This document shows, piece after piece, positions 37,440-50,759 of a stretch of DNA of 64,000 nucleotides (its first letter is position 1; the number at the start of each line of letters is the position of its first letter). Source of the DNA: Squalus acanthias (taxonomy: Eukaryota); assembly GCA_030390025.1 (NCBI GenBank), contig JASTWF010000034.1, positions 806,001-870,000 on the forward strand, in the 5' to 3' direction. The notes beneath the pieces were generated by a model, which was given only the letters and a program-made list of their open reading frames with translations, did not search any database and had not been told where the DNA came from. Position numbers and translations under genes: made by a program.

Positions 37440-40400
37440 CAACAGTGAGTGGTGTGGGGTGTATCAGTATGTAAGAGAGAATTACATTGAGGGGTGTATC
37501 AGAGTGTTACAATGAGGTGTGTGGGTTTTATCAGAGTTACAGTGTGGGGTGTGGTGTATATCAGTGTTAGTGAGTGGTGTGGGGTATATCAGAGTGTAAC
37601 AGTGTGGGGTGTGGGGTATATCAGTGTTACAGTGAGGGGTGTGGTGTTTATCAGAGTGTTAGTGAGGGGTGTGGGGTATATCAGTGTGTTACATTGAGTG
37701 GTGTGGTGTTTATCAGAGTGTAACAGTGTGGGGTGTGGGGTTTATCAGAGTATTACAGTGAGGGGTGAGGGGTATATCAGTATGTAAGAGAGAATTACAT
37801 TGAGGGGTGTATCAGAGTGTTACAATGAGTGGTGTGGGGTTTATCAGAGAGTTACAGTGAGGTGTGTGTGGTGTATCAGAGTGTTACAATGAGGGGTGTG
37901 GGGTGTATCAGAGTGTTACAATGAGGGGTGTGGGGTGTATCAGAGTGTTACAATGAGGGTTGTGGGTTGTATCAGAGTGTTACAATGAGGGGTGTGGGGT
38001 GTATTAGAGTGTTACAATGAATGGTGTGGGGTTTATCAGCGTGTTACAGTGAGTGGTGGGAGGTGTATCAGTATGTAAGAGAGAATTACATTGAGGGGTG
38101 TATCAGAGTGTTACAGTGAGGGGTGTGGGGTTTATCAGTGTGTTACAGTGAGGGGCGTGGGGTTTATCAGAGAGTTACAGTGAGGGGTGTGGGGTATATC
38201 AGTGTTACAGTGAGGGGCGTGGGGTTTATCAGAGAGTTACAGTAAGGGGTGTGGGGTATATCAGTATGTAAGAGAGAATTACATTGAGGGGTTTATCAGC
38301 GTGTTACAGTGAGGGGTGTGGGGTTTCTCAGCGTATTGTAGTGAGGTGTGTGGTGTATATCCGAGTGTTACAGTGAGGGGCGTGGGGTTTATCAGAGAGT
38401 TACAGTGAGGGGTGTGGGGTATATCAGTGTTACAGTGAGGGGCGTGGGGTTTATCAGAGAGTTACAGTAAGGGGTGTGGGGTATATCAGTATGTAAGAGA
38501 GAATTACATTGAGGGGTTTATCAGCGTGTTACAGTGAGGGGTGTGGGGTTTATCAGCGTATTGTAGTGAGGTGTGTGGTGTATATCCGAGTGTTACATTG
38601 AGGGGTGTGGAGTACATCAGAGAGTTACAGTGAGGTGTCTGGGGTATATCAGAGAGTTACAGTGAGTCGTGTGTCGTATGTCCGAGTGTCACAGTGAGGG
38701 GTGTGGGGTACATCAGCGTATTACATTGAGGGGTGTGTGGTATATCATACTGTTATAGTCAGGGGCGTGGGTTTATATCAGAGTGTTACAGTGAGGGGTG
38801 TTGTGTATATCGATATTTACAGTGAGGGTGTGTGGGGTATATCAGAGTGTTGTAGTCAGGGCAGTGCGTTTACATCAAAGATCTACAGTGAGGGGTGTGG
38901 GGTACATCAGAGTAATACAATGAGCGGTGTTGGGTTAATTAACACAGTGTTACAGTGAGGGGTATGGAGTAAGGAGTATATCAGAGAGTGTTACAGTGAG
39001 GGGTATGGCGTATATCAGAGAGTGTTACAGTGAGGGGTATGGAGTATATCAGAGAGTGTTACAGCGAGGGGTGTGGGTTTATATGAGTGTTTTACATTGA
39101 GGGGTGTGGGTTTATATGAGTGTTTTACAGTGAGGGGTATGGAGTATATCAGAATGTTACAGTGAGGGGTGTGGAGTATATCAGAGTGTTACAGTGAGGG
39201 GTATGGAGTATATCAGAGAGTGTTACAGTGAGGGGTGTGGAGTATATCAGAGAGTGTTGCAGTGAAGGGTATGGAGTATATCAGAGTGTTACAGTGAGGG
39301 GTGTTGGGTATATCAGAGTGTTACAGTGAGGGGTGTGGAGTATATCAGAGAGTGTTACAGTGAGGGGTGTTGGGTATATCAGAGTGTTACAGTGAGGGGT
39401 GTGGAGTATATCAGAGAGTGTTGCAGTGAGGGGTATGGAGTATATCAGAGTGTTACAGTGAGGGGTGTTGGGTATATCAGAGAGTGTTACAGTGAGGGGT
39501 ATGGAGTATATCAGAGTGTTACAGTGAGGGGTGTGGAGTATATCAGAGAGTGTTGCAGTGAAGGGTATGGAGTATATCAGAGTGTTTCAGTGAGGGGTAT
39601 GGAGTATATCAGAGTGTTACAGTGAGGGGTGTTGGGTATATCAGAGTGGTACAGTGAGGGGTATGGAGTATATCAGTGAGTGTTACAGTGAAGGGTGTCG
39701 GGTATATCAGAGTTACAGTGAGGGGTATGGAGTATATCAGAGAGTGTTACAGTGAGGGGTGTGGAGTATATCAGAGAGTGTTGCAGTGAAGGGTATGGAG
39801 TATATCAGAGTGTTACAGTGAGGGGTGTTGGGTATATCAGAGTGTTACAGTGAGGGGTATGGAGTATATCAGAGAGTGTTACAGTGAGGGGTATGGAGTA
39901 TATCAGAGTGTTACAGTGAGGGGTGTCAGGTATATCAGAGTGTTACACTGAGGGGTATGGAGTATATCAGTGAGTGTTACAGTGAAGATTGTCGGGTATA
40001 TCAGAGAGTGTTACAGTGAGGGGTATGGAGTATATCAGAGTGTTATAGCGAGGGATATGGAGTATATCAGAGAGTGTTACAGTGAGGGGTATGGAGTATA
40101 TCAGAGTGTTACAGTGAGGGGTATGGAGTATATCAGAGTGTTACAGTGAGGGGTGTTGGGTATATCAGAGTGGTACAGTGAGGGGTATGGAGTATATCAG
40201 TGAGTGTTACAGTGAAGGGTGTCGGGTATATCAGAGAGTGTTACAGTGAGGGGTATGGAGTATATCAGAGTGTTATATCGAGGGGTATGGAGTATATCAG
40301 AGAGTGTTACAGTGAGGGGTATGGAGTATATCAGAGTGTTACAGTGAGGGGTGTTGGGTATATCAGAGAGTGTTACAGTGAGAGGTATGGAGTATATCAG

Positions 40401-41935
40401 AGAGTGTTACAGTGAGGGGTATGGAGTATATCAGAGAGTGTTACAGTGAGGGGCCTGGGGTAAAACGGTGTGTTACAGTGAGAGGTTTAAGAACATAAGA
40501 ATGTAAGAAATAGGAGCAGGAGTAGGCCATTCGGCCCCTTGAGCCTGCTTCGCCATTCAATGAGATCATGGCTGATTTTCTGCCTCAATTCCATTCACCG
40601 GCCTTATCTCGATATCCCTTGATGCCCTTACTAGTCAGAAATCTATCGACTTCTGTTTTGAATATATTCAATGACTGAGCCTCCACAGCCCTCTGGGGTA
40701 GAGAATTCCAAACATTCACCACCCTCTGTGTGAAGAAATGTCTTTATTAGAGTTACATATATTTCTTAAGGCTAAGGGGATCAGGGGATATGGGGAGAAA
40801 GCAGGGACCGGGTACTGAATTTGGATGATCAGCCATGATCGCATTAAATGGCGAAGCAGGCTCGAGGGGCCGAATGGCCGAGTCATGCTCCTATCTTCTA
40901 TGTTTCTATGCATCTCATCTCAGTCCTGAATGGCCTACCCTTTATCATGATGCTGTGGCCCCTGGTTCTAGACTCCCCAGCCAAGGGAAACATTCTCCTA
41001 GCATCCAACCTATCAAGCCCAGTAATAATTTTTAATGCTTCAATGAGATCCCCACTCATTCCTCTGAATTGAAGACAATACAGGCCTAGTTTACTCAATC
41101 TCATCTCATACAACAGTCCCGCCTTCCCAGGAATCAATCTCGTGAACCTTCATTGCACTCCCTCTATGGCAAGTATATCTTTAATAAGGTAAGGAGACCA
41201 AAATTGTACACAGTACTCCAGGTGTGGTCTCACCAAGGTCCTAAATAAATGGAGTAAGACTTCTTTACTCCTGTACTCAAACCTCTTGTAATGAAGGCCA
41301 GCATACCATTTCCCTTCCTGGGGGTATGTAAGAGAGTGTTATAATCAGGAGTGTGGGGTATATCAGAGTGTTACAGTGAGGGGTGTGGTTTATATCAGAG
41401 TGTTATAGTGAGGGGTGTTGGGTATATCAGATTATAGTGATGGGTGTGGGGTACAATTGACTATTGCAGTGAAGGGTGTGGGGTACATCAAATTGTTACA
41501 GCGAGGGGTGTGGTGTATATCAGAGTGTTAAAGTGAGGTGAGTGGGGTATATCGGTCTCTTACAGTGAGAGGTTTGAAATATGTAAGAGAGGATTAAATT
41601 AAGGGGTATATCAGGGTGTTACCGTAAGGGGTGTGGGGTATATCGGTGTGTTACACGAAGGCATGTGTGAGGTATATCAGAGTGCTGTAGTCAGGGGAGT
41701 GGGTTTGCATCAGAGTGCTACAGTTACGGGTGTGGGGTACATCAGAGTAATGCAATGACCGGTGTTGGGCATATCAGACTGTTACAGTGAGGGGTGTGGT
41801 GTATAACAGAGAGTTACAGTCAGGGGTCTGGGTTTATATCAGTGTGTTACATTGAGGGGTGTCGGGTATATAAGAGTGTTACAGCGAGGGAAATGGAGTA
41901 TATCACAAAGTGTTACAGTGAGGGGCTTGGGGTAT
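37440..41935. repeat. ~30-32 bp G/T-rich minisatellite (GTGTTACAGTGAGGGGTGTGGGGTATATCAGA)n, interrupted by CR1
   Basis: Visible periodicity; a GGAGTATATC subtype dominates 38950-40450. Confidence 0.95.
40489..41320 (-). mobile_element. 5'-truncated CR1-type LINE with a nested opposite-strand CR1 tail (~40756-40910)
   Basis: Minus ORF IPGKAGLLYEMRLSKLGLY…GDLIEALKII…SRTRGH is typical CR1 ORF2 C-terminus; 8-mer repeat tail. Confidence 0.9.
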
Positions 41936-42560
41936 TTGCAGAGGGATAGAATTGCAAAGCAGGGAGGTTATGTTAAACTTGTACTGACCCTGGGTTAGAT
42001 CATACTTGGAGTACTGTGAAAAGCTCTGGTCTCCATATTATTACGAGGGGCCCAATGGCCTACTCCTGCTCTTATTTCTTATGTTCTTAATATAGAGGCA
42101 CTGGAGAAGGAGATTTGTAAGGATGATCCTCAAACTGAGAGGATATACTTATCAGGAAAGGCTGAACAGGCTGGGTCTCTTTTCTCTTGAAGAAAGAGAA
42201 TGCTGATGGATGACCGGATAGAGGTCTTTAAGATTATGAGAAGATTATAAAGGGTGGTCGTGGAGAAAATGTGTCCACTTGTGGGAGTCCAAAACTGGAG
42301 ATCATCAATATAAGATAGTCACTAATAAATCCAATGGAGAATTCAGGAGAAATTCTTCACCCAAAGAGAGGTGAGAATGTGGAACTCGCTACCACAGGGA
42401 GTAGTGGAGGCGGATAGTACAGATGCATTTAAGGAGAAGCTAGATAAACACATGAGGGAGAAAGGAATATAAGGTTATGCTAATAGAATTAGATGAAGAG
42501 GGGTGAGAGGAGGCTTGTGTGGGGAATAAACACCGGCACAAACCAATTGGGCAGAATAGG
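41935..42560 (+). mobile_element. Degenerate CR1-type LINE 3' fragment
   Basis: Homology to other CR1 copies (gtgagaatgtggaactcgctaccacaggg). Confidence 0.85.
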
Positions 42561-45500
42561 TCAGAGGCAGAGTAAATCTACCCCAACACTGCCCCATCAA
42601 ACTCTCCCAGGACAGGCACAACACGACTTAGACACAGTGTAAATCTCCCTCTACACTGTCCCATCAAACACTCCCAGGGCAGTTTCAGCAAAGGTTAGAT
42701 ACAGAGTAAAGGTCCCTCGACACTGTCCCAACAAACTCTCACAGGGCAGGTACAGCACAGGTTAGATACAGAGTAAAGGTCCCTCTGCACTGTCCCATCA
42801 AACACTCCCAGGGCAGTTTCAGCAAAGGTTAGATACAGAGTAAAGCTCCCTCTACACTGGCCCAACAAACTCTCACAGGGCAGGTACAGCACGAGTTAGA
42901 TACAGAGTAAAGCTCATCTCTGCACGGTCCCATCAAACACTCCCATGGTTAGTTCAGACCATGTTTGATACAGGGTAGAGCTCCCCCTGCACTGTCCCTT
43001 CAAACCCGTCCAGGACAGGCAGACTACGAGTTAGACACAGAATAAAGCTGCATCAACACTGTCCCATCAAACACTCCCAGGGCAGGTACAGCACTGGTTA
43101 GATACAGAGTAAAGCGCTCTCTGCACTGTCCCATCAAACACTCCCAGGGCAAGTACAGCAAGGATTAGAAACAGAATAAGGCTCCCTCTACACTGCCCCA
43201 TCAAACTCTCCCAGGACAGGCACAACACGACTTAGACACAGTGTAAATCTCCCTCTACACTGTCCCATCAAACACTCCCAGGGCAGTTTCAGCAAAGGTT
43301 AGATACAGAGTAAAGGTCCCTCGACACTGTCCCAACAAACTCTCACAGGGCAGGTACAGCACAGGTTAGATACAGAGTAAAGGTCCCTCTGCACTGTCCC
43401 ATCAAACACTCCCAGGGCAGTTTCAGCAAAGGTTAGATACAGAGTAAAGCTCCCTCTACACTGGCCTAACAAACTCTCACAGGGCAGGTACAGCACGAGT
43501 TAGATACAGAGTAAAGCTCATCTCTGCACGGTCCCATCAAACACTCCCATGGTTAGTTCAGACCATGTTTGATACAGGGTAGAGCTCCCCCTGCACTGTC
43601 CCTTCAAACCCGTCCAGGACAGGCAGACTACGAGTTAGACACAGAATAAAGCTGCATCAACACTGTCCCATCAAACACTCCCAGGGCAGGTACAGCACTG
43701 GTTAGATACAGAGTAAAGCGCTCTCTGCACTGTCCCATCAAACACTCCCAGGGCAAGTACAGCAAGGATTAGAAACAGAATAAGGCTCCCTCTACACTGT
43801 CCCATCAAACACTCCCAGGGCAGGTACAGCATGGGTAAGATACAGAGTAAAGCTCCCTCTACACTATCCCATCAAACACTCGCAGGGCAAGTACAGCAAG
43901 GATAAGATACAGAGCATAGCTCCCTCTACCATGTCCCATCAAACACACCCAGGGCAGTTTCAGCACAGGTTAGATACAAAGTAATTCTCACTCTGCACTG
44001 TCCCATCAAACACTCCCAGGGCATGTTCAGAACATGTTTGACAGAGTAAAGTTCCCTCTAAACTGTCCCGCCATACACTCCCAGGGCAGGTGCAGCACGG
44101 GTTAGATACAGAGTAAAGATCCCTCTACACTGTCCCATAAAAGGACCTCAGGGCAGGTTCAGTCCATGTTTGAAACATAGAAAAATAGGAGCAGGAGTCG
44201 GCCATTCGGCCTTTCGAGCCTGCTCCGCCATTCAACATGATCATGGCTGCTCCTCTATCTCAGTACCAAATTCCCCGTCTCTCCCCATACCCCTTGATGC
44301 CTTTTGTGTCTAGAAATCTATCTATCTCCTTCTTAAATATATTCAGTGATTTGGACACCACAGCCTCTGTGGCAGAGAATTCCACAGGTTCACCACCCTC
44401 TGAGTGAAGATATTTCTCCTCATCTCAGTCCTAAATGTCCTACCCCGTATCCTGAGACTGTGACCCCTCCTTCTAGACACCCCAGCCAGGGGAAACATCC
44501 TCCCTGCATCCAGTCTGTCTAGCACAGTCAGAATTTTATACCATTCAATCAGATGCCCATTCCTTCTCTAATATCTAGTGAATACAGGCCTAGTCGACCC
44601 ACCCTATCCTGAAACGACAGTCCTGTCATCCCAAGGAATCAGTCTGGTGAACCTTCGCTGCACTCCATCTATGGCAAGTATATCCTTTCTTAGGTAGGGA
44701 GACAAAACAGCACACAGTACACCAGGTGTGGTCTCACCAAGGCCCTGTATAACTGTAGTAAGACATTCTTGCTCCTGTACTAAAATCCTCTTGCAATGAA
44801 CGCCAACATACCGTTTGATACAGAGTAAAGCTTCCTCTACACTGTTCCATCAAACCTGTCCAGGACAGGCACAACACGGGTTAGATACAGAGCAAAGATC
44901 CCTCTACACTGTCAAATCAAACACTGCCAGGGCAGGTACAGCACTGTTTAGATACAGAGTAAAGCTCCCTCTACACTATTCCATCAAATCGCTCCCAGGA
45001 CACGTATAACACGGTTTAGATGCAGAGTAAAGTTCCCTCTTCACTGTCCCATGAAACACTCCCAGGACAGGTTGAGACCATGTTTGATACTGGTAAAGCT
45101 GACTCTAGACTTTCCCCTCAAACTCTCCCAGGACAGGCACAACACGATTTAGCTACAGAGTTAAGCGCCCTCTTCAATGTCCCATCAAACCCACCTAGGG
45201 CATTTTCACACAGGTTAGAAACAGAGTAAATCTCACTCTACACTGCCTCATCAAACACTCCCACAGGAGGTTCAGAATATGTTTGACACAGAGTAAAGTT
45301 CCCTCTACACTGTCCCATTAAACTCTCACAGGGCAGGTACAGCACAGGTCAGATACAGAGTAAAGTTCATCTCTGCATTGTCCCATCAAACACTCCCCTG
45401 GCAGGTTCAGACCACGTTTGATATAGTTTAGAGCTCCCTCTACACTGTCCCATCAAACCCGGCCAGGGCAGGTACAGCACTGGTTGGATACAGCACTGGT

Positions 45501-46255
45501 TAGATACAGAGTAAATTTCCCTGTACATTGTCCCATCCAACACTCCCAGGGCAGGTTCAAACAATGATTGGTAAAGAGTAAAACTCTCACTACACTGTCC
45601 CATCAAACACTCCCTGGACAGGTACAGCGTAGGTTAGATACAGAGTAAAGCTCCCTCTGCACTGTCCCATCAAACACTCCCAGGGCAGGTACAGCATGTG
45701 TTAGATACAGAGTAAAGCTCCCTCTAAACTGTCTCATCAAACTATCCCAGGGCAGGAACAGCATGGGTTAGATACAGAGTAAAGCTACCTCTGCAATGTC
45801 CCATCCAACATTTAAAGGTCATGCACAGCAGTGGTTAGCAACAGAGTAAAGCTCCCTCGACACTATCCCATCAAACTCTCCCAGAGCAGGTACAGCATGT
45901 GTTAGATACAGACTAAAGCTGCCTCTACAGTGTCCCATCAGACCCTTCCAAGACAGGCACAACACGAGTTAGACACAAAGTAAAGTTGCAACAACAATGG
46001 CCCATCAAACACTCCCAAAGCAGGTGCAGCATGTATTCAATACAGATTAAAGCTCCGTTTACACTGTCCCATCAAACTCACCCAGGGCAGGTAAAGCACA
46101 GGGTAGATACAGAGTGAACCTCCCTCTACAATGTAACATCAAACACTCTCAGGACAGGTACAGCAGGGGTTAGATACAGAGAAAAACTCTCTACACTGTC
46201 CCATCAAAAAATCCCAGGGCAGGTTCAGACAATGTTTGGTCCAGAGCAAAGCTCT
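42560..46255. repeat. ~67-bp satellite (GTTAGATACAGAGTAAAGCTCCCTCTACACTGTCCCATCAAACACTCCCAGGGCAGGTACAGCACGG)n
   Basis: 67-bp period, with a 604-bp near-identical duplication. Confidence 0.95.
44174..44812 (-). mobile_element. 5'-truncated CR1-type LINE inserted in satellite
   Basis: ORF LDRLDAGRMFPL…RRNIFTQRVVNLWNSLP; flanked by GTTTGA direct repeats (44168-44173, 44813-44818). Confidence 0.9.
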
Positions 46256-47905
46256 GAAATGAATATTTTGCATCTGTGTTCACTGTGGAGAAGGACGATG
46301 GAGGCATAGAAATCAGGCAGGGGGATTGTGATATACTTGAACAAATTCGTATTGAGAGCGAAGAGGTACTAGCGGTTTTAGCGGGCTTAAAAGATGATAA
46401 ATCCCCAGGCCCTGACGGGATGTATCCCAGGCTGCTGTGTGAGGCAAGGGAGGAGACTGCAGGGGCTCGGACACAAATTTTCAGAACCTCTCTGACCACA
46501 GGGGAGGTGTCAGAGGACTGGAGAACAGCATACGTAGTACCATTGTTCAAGAAGGGTAGTAGGGATAAACCAGGGAATTACAGGCCAGTGAGCCTAACAT
46601 CAGTGATAGGGAAATTATTGGAAAAAATTCTGAGGGACAAAATTAGTCTCCACTTGGAGAGGCAAGAATTAATCAGTGATAGTCAGCATGGCTTTGTCAG
46701 GGGGAGATCATATCGAACCAATTTGATTGAATTTTTTGAGGGGGTGACTAGGTGTGTGGATGACGATAGTGCAGTTGATGTCGTCTACATGGTCTTCAGT
46801 AAGGCTTTTGATAAAGTCCCACATGGGAGTCTGATCAAGACGGTAAGAGGCCATGGGCTCCAGAGCAATTTGGCACATTGGATTCAAAATTGGCTTAGTG
46901 GCAGGAGGCAGAGGGTGATGGTCGAAGGTAGTTTTTGTGACTGGAAGCCTGTGTCCAGTGGTGTACCGCAGGGATCGGTGCTGGGTCCTTTGCTGTTTAT
47001 AGTGTACATTAATGATTTAGATATGAATGTAAGTTCGCAGATGACACGAAAATTGGTGGAGTGGTAAATAGCGAGAAGGGAAGCCTCAGACTACAGGACG
47101 ATATAGACGGGTTGGTCAGATGGGCAGAACAGTGGCAAATGGAATTTAACCCTGAAAAGTGTGAGGTGATGCATTTTGGGAGGACAAACAAGGCAAGGGA
47201 ATACACAATGCATGGTAGGACCCTAGGAAGGACAGAGGATCAGAGGGCCCTTGGCGTGCATGTATACAGATCCCTGAAGGCAGCAGGACAGGTAGATTAG
47301 GTGGTTAAAAAGGCATATTGGATACTTGCCTTCATTAGCCGAGGCATAGAATATAAGAGCAGGGAGGTTATGATGGAGCTGTACAAAACGCTGGTTAGGC
47401 CACAGCTGGAATACTGTGTGCAGTTCTGGTCACCACACTATAGGAGGGATGTGATTGCATTGGAGAGGGTGCAGAGGAGATTCACCAGGATGTTACCTGG
47501 GCTGGAGCGTTTCAGCAGTGAAGAGAGACTGGACAGGCTGGGGTTGTTTTCCTTAGAGCAGAGAAGGCTGAGGGGGGACCTGATTGAGGTGTACAAAATT
47601 ATAAGGGGCATAGCTAGGGTGGATAAAAAGGAAATTCTTCCCTTCGTAGAGGGGTCAATAACCAGCGGGCATAGTTTCAAGGTAAGGGGCAGGAGGTTTA
47701 GAGGGGATTTGAGGCAAAACTTTTTCACCCAGAGGGTGGTTGAAATCTGGAGCTCACTCCCTTAAAGGGTGGTAGAGGCAGGAACCCTCACAACATTCAA
47801 GAAGCATTTAGATGAGCACTTGAAACGCAATAGAAAACAAGGCTACGAACCAAGTGCTGGAAAATGGGTTTGGAATAGACAGGGCTTGATGGCCGGTGCA
47901 GACAC
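46256..47905 (+). mobile_element. CR1-type LINE, degenerate ORF2 (reverse transcriptase)
   Basis: KSPGPDG, NYRPVSLTS, QHGF, KAFDKVPH, GVPQGSVLGP motifs; frameshift near the FADD motif and an in-frame stop. Confidence 0.95.
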
Positions 47906-48076
47906 GTAAGGAGCGCACGTCAACCCAAGCACCCCACACACCCGTCACTTCAAACACCGTCTGCCCCACCTGTGACAGAGACTGTCGGTCCCGCATTGGA
48001 CTCATCAGTCACCTGAGAACTCATTTTTAGTGTGGAAGCAAGTCATCCTCGTTTCCGAGGGACTGCCGAAGAAGAC
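47906..48076 (+). mobile_element. RTE-clade LINE 3' end
   Basis: Translates VCPTCDRDCRSRIGLISHLRTH, resembling the terminal C2H2 motif of RTE ORFs, then a short UTR ending gaagaaga. Confidence 0.65.
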
Positions 48077-48149
48077 TCTGTGACTCCATCTGTGGAGTCC
48101 CTAAGTATAGACCCAAAACTGCACACAATACTCAAGATGTGGTCTCTCC

Positions 48150-49138
48150 AAGCTATTCACAATATATATTAAATGATCTAGACGAGGGACCTAGTTGTAA
48201 TATCTCCAAGTTTGCAGATGACACAAAGCTGGGTGGGCGTGTGTGCTGTGAGCAGGAAGCCGAGAAACTCCAGGATGATTTGGACAGGTTGGGTGATTGG
48301 GCAGAAGCATGGCAGATGCAATATAACGTGGATAAATGCGAGGTTATCCACGTTGGTGTCAAAAAACAGGAAGGCAGATTATTATCTGAATGGCAACAGA
48401 TTGAGAGAAGGGGATGTGCAACGAGACCTGGGTGTCCTTGTGCACCAGTCGCTGAAGGTAAGCATGCAGGTGCAGCAGGCGGTTAAGGCGGCAAATGAAT
48501 GTTGGCCTTCGGAGCGAGAGGGTTTGAGTGCAGGAACAAGGATGTCTTGCTGCAGTTGTACAGGGCCTTGGTGAGACCACATCTTGAGTATTGTGTACAG
48601 TTTTGATCGCCTTATCTGAGGAAGGAGGTTCTTGCCATGGAAGGAGTTCAGCGAAGATTCACCAGGCTGATACCTGGGATGGCAGGAATGACGTATGAGG
48701 AGAGATTGGTTCGATTGGGATTATACTCGCTGGAGTTTATAAGAATGAGAGGGGATCTCATTGAAACTTATAAAATTCTGACAGGACTGGACAGACTAGG
48801 ACCAGGAAGGATGTTGCCGATGGCGGGGGAATCCAGAACCAGGGGTCCCAGTCTAAGGATAAGGGGTAAGACATTTAGGACAGAATTGAGGAGGAATTTC
48901 TTCACCCAGAGAGTGGTGAACCTGTGGAATTCTCTACCACAGAAGGCAGTAGAGGCCAATTCATTAAATATATTCAAGAAGGAGTTGGATATATTTCTTA
49001 AGGCTAAAGGGATCAAGGGATATGGGGAGAAAGCAGGGACAGGGTTCTGAATTTAGATGATCAGCCGTGATCGCATTGAATGGCGGTGCAGGCTCGAGGG
49101 GCCGAATGGCCATCTCCTGCTCCTATCTTCTATGTTTC
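48150..49138 (+). mobile_element. CR1-type LINE 3' part, degenerate
   Basis: SKFADDTKLGG…RRNFFTQRVVNLWNSLP, frameshifts, tail ttctatgtttc. Confidence 0.95.
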
Positions 49139-49144
49139 ACCCAC

Positions 49145-50535
49145 TCTGCAATACAGAACTCCCTCTACATTACTCCAAAAGTGTACCCCCACTTTATACC
49201 CAGTGTCAGCATCGAGTGCTCCCAAGGCAGATACAATGCAGTGCTCCCTCGACATTACTCCGAAAGTGTACCCCCACTTTATACCCAGTGTCAGCATCGA
49301 GTGCTCCCAAGGCAGATACAATACAGAGCTCCCTCTACATTACTCCAAAAGTGTACCCCCACTTTATACCCAGTGTCAGCATCGAGTGCTCCCAAGGCAG
49401 ATACAATGCAGTGCTCCCTCGACATTACTCCGAAAGTGTACCCCCAATTTATACCCAGTGTCAGCATCGTGCACACCCTGGGCAGGTACAATACAGAGCT
49501 CCCTCGACATTACCCTGAGAGTGTACCCCCACTTTATACCCAGTGTCAGCATCGAGTGCTCCCAGGGCAGATACAATGCAGAGCTCCCTCTACATTACTC
49601 GAAAAGAGTACCCCGACTTTATACCCAGTGTCAGCATCGAGTGCTCCCAGGGCAGATACAATACAGAACTCCCTCTACATTACCCTGAGAGTGTACCCCC
49701 ACTTCATACCCAGTGTCAGCATCGTGCACACCCTGGGCAGGTACAGTACAGAGCTCCCTCTACATTACCATGAGAGTGTAGCCCACTTTATACCCAGTGT
49801 CAGCATCGTCCGCTCCCATTGCAGATACAATACAGAGCTCCCTCTACATTACCGTGAGAGTGTACCCCCACTTTATACCCAGTGTCAGCATCGTCCGCTC
49901 CCATTGCAGATACAATACAGAGCTCCCTCTACATTACCCTGAGAGTGTACCCCCACTTTATACCCAGTGTCAGCATCGTCCGCTCCCATGGCAGATACAA
50001 TACAGAGCTCCCTCTACATTACCCTGACAGTGTCCCCCGACTTTATACCCAGTGTCAGCATCGAGTGCTCCCAGGGCAGATACAATACAGAGCTCCCTCT
50101 ACATTACCCTGAGAGTGTCCCCCCACTTTATACCCAGTGTCAGCGTCGTGCACTCCCAGGGCAGGTACAATACAGAGCTCCCTGAACATTACTCCGCAAG
50201 TGTACCCCCACTTTATACCCAGTGTCAGCATCCAGCATTCCCAGGGCAGGTACAATACAGAGCTCCCTCTACATTACCCTGACAGTGTACCCCCACTTTA
50301 TACCCAGTGTCAGCATCCAGCATTCCCAGGGCAGGTACAATACAGAGCTCCCTCTACATTACCCTGAGAGTGTACCCCCACTTTATACCCAGTGTCAGCA
50401 TCGTGCAATCCCAGGGCTGGTACAGTACAGAGCTCCCTCTACATTACCCTGACAGTGTCCCCCCACTTTATAACCAGTGTCAGCCACGTGCACTCCCAGG
50501 GCAGGTACAATACAGAGCTCCCTCTACATTACTCT
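49145..50535. repeat. 85-bp minisatellite (~16 units)
   Basis: cagtgtcagc recurs every 85-86 bp. Confidence 0.95.
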
Positions 50536-50759
50536 GACATTACCACTGTTACTCCCTCACACTCCATTCCATTTCTGTTCCTCACTCTGCTCCAGCTCGG
50601 GTTCCCCAGCCACAGTTCCTCTGCCGTTTGTTCCAGGTATTCCAGGGTCCACTTTGCTGGACAAGTCACAGCGGGGCTAAGGGTAGAGGGAGGTTCAGAG
50701 GTCAAACACCATTTAAAGTGAAACAGTCAGAGCGGCCGTAATCACCCTCAGGACCTTAA

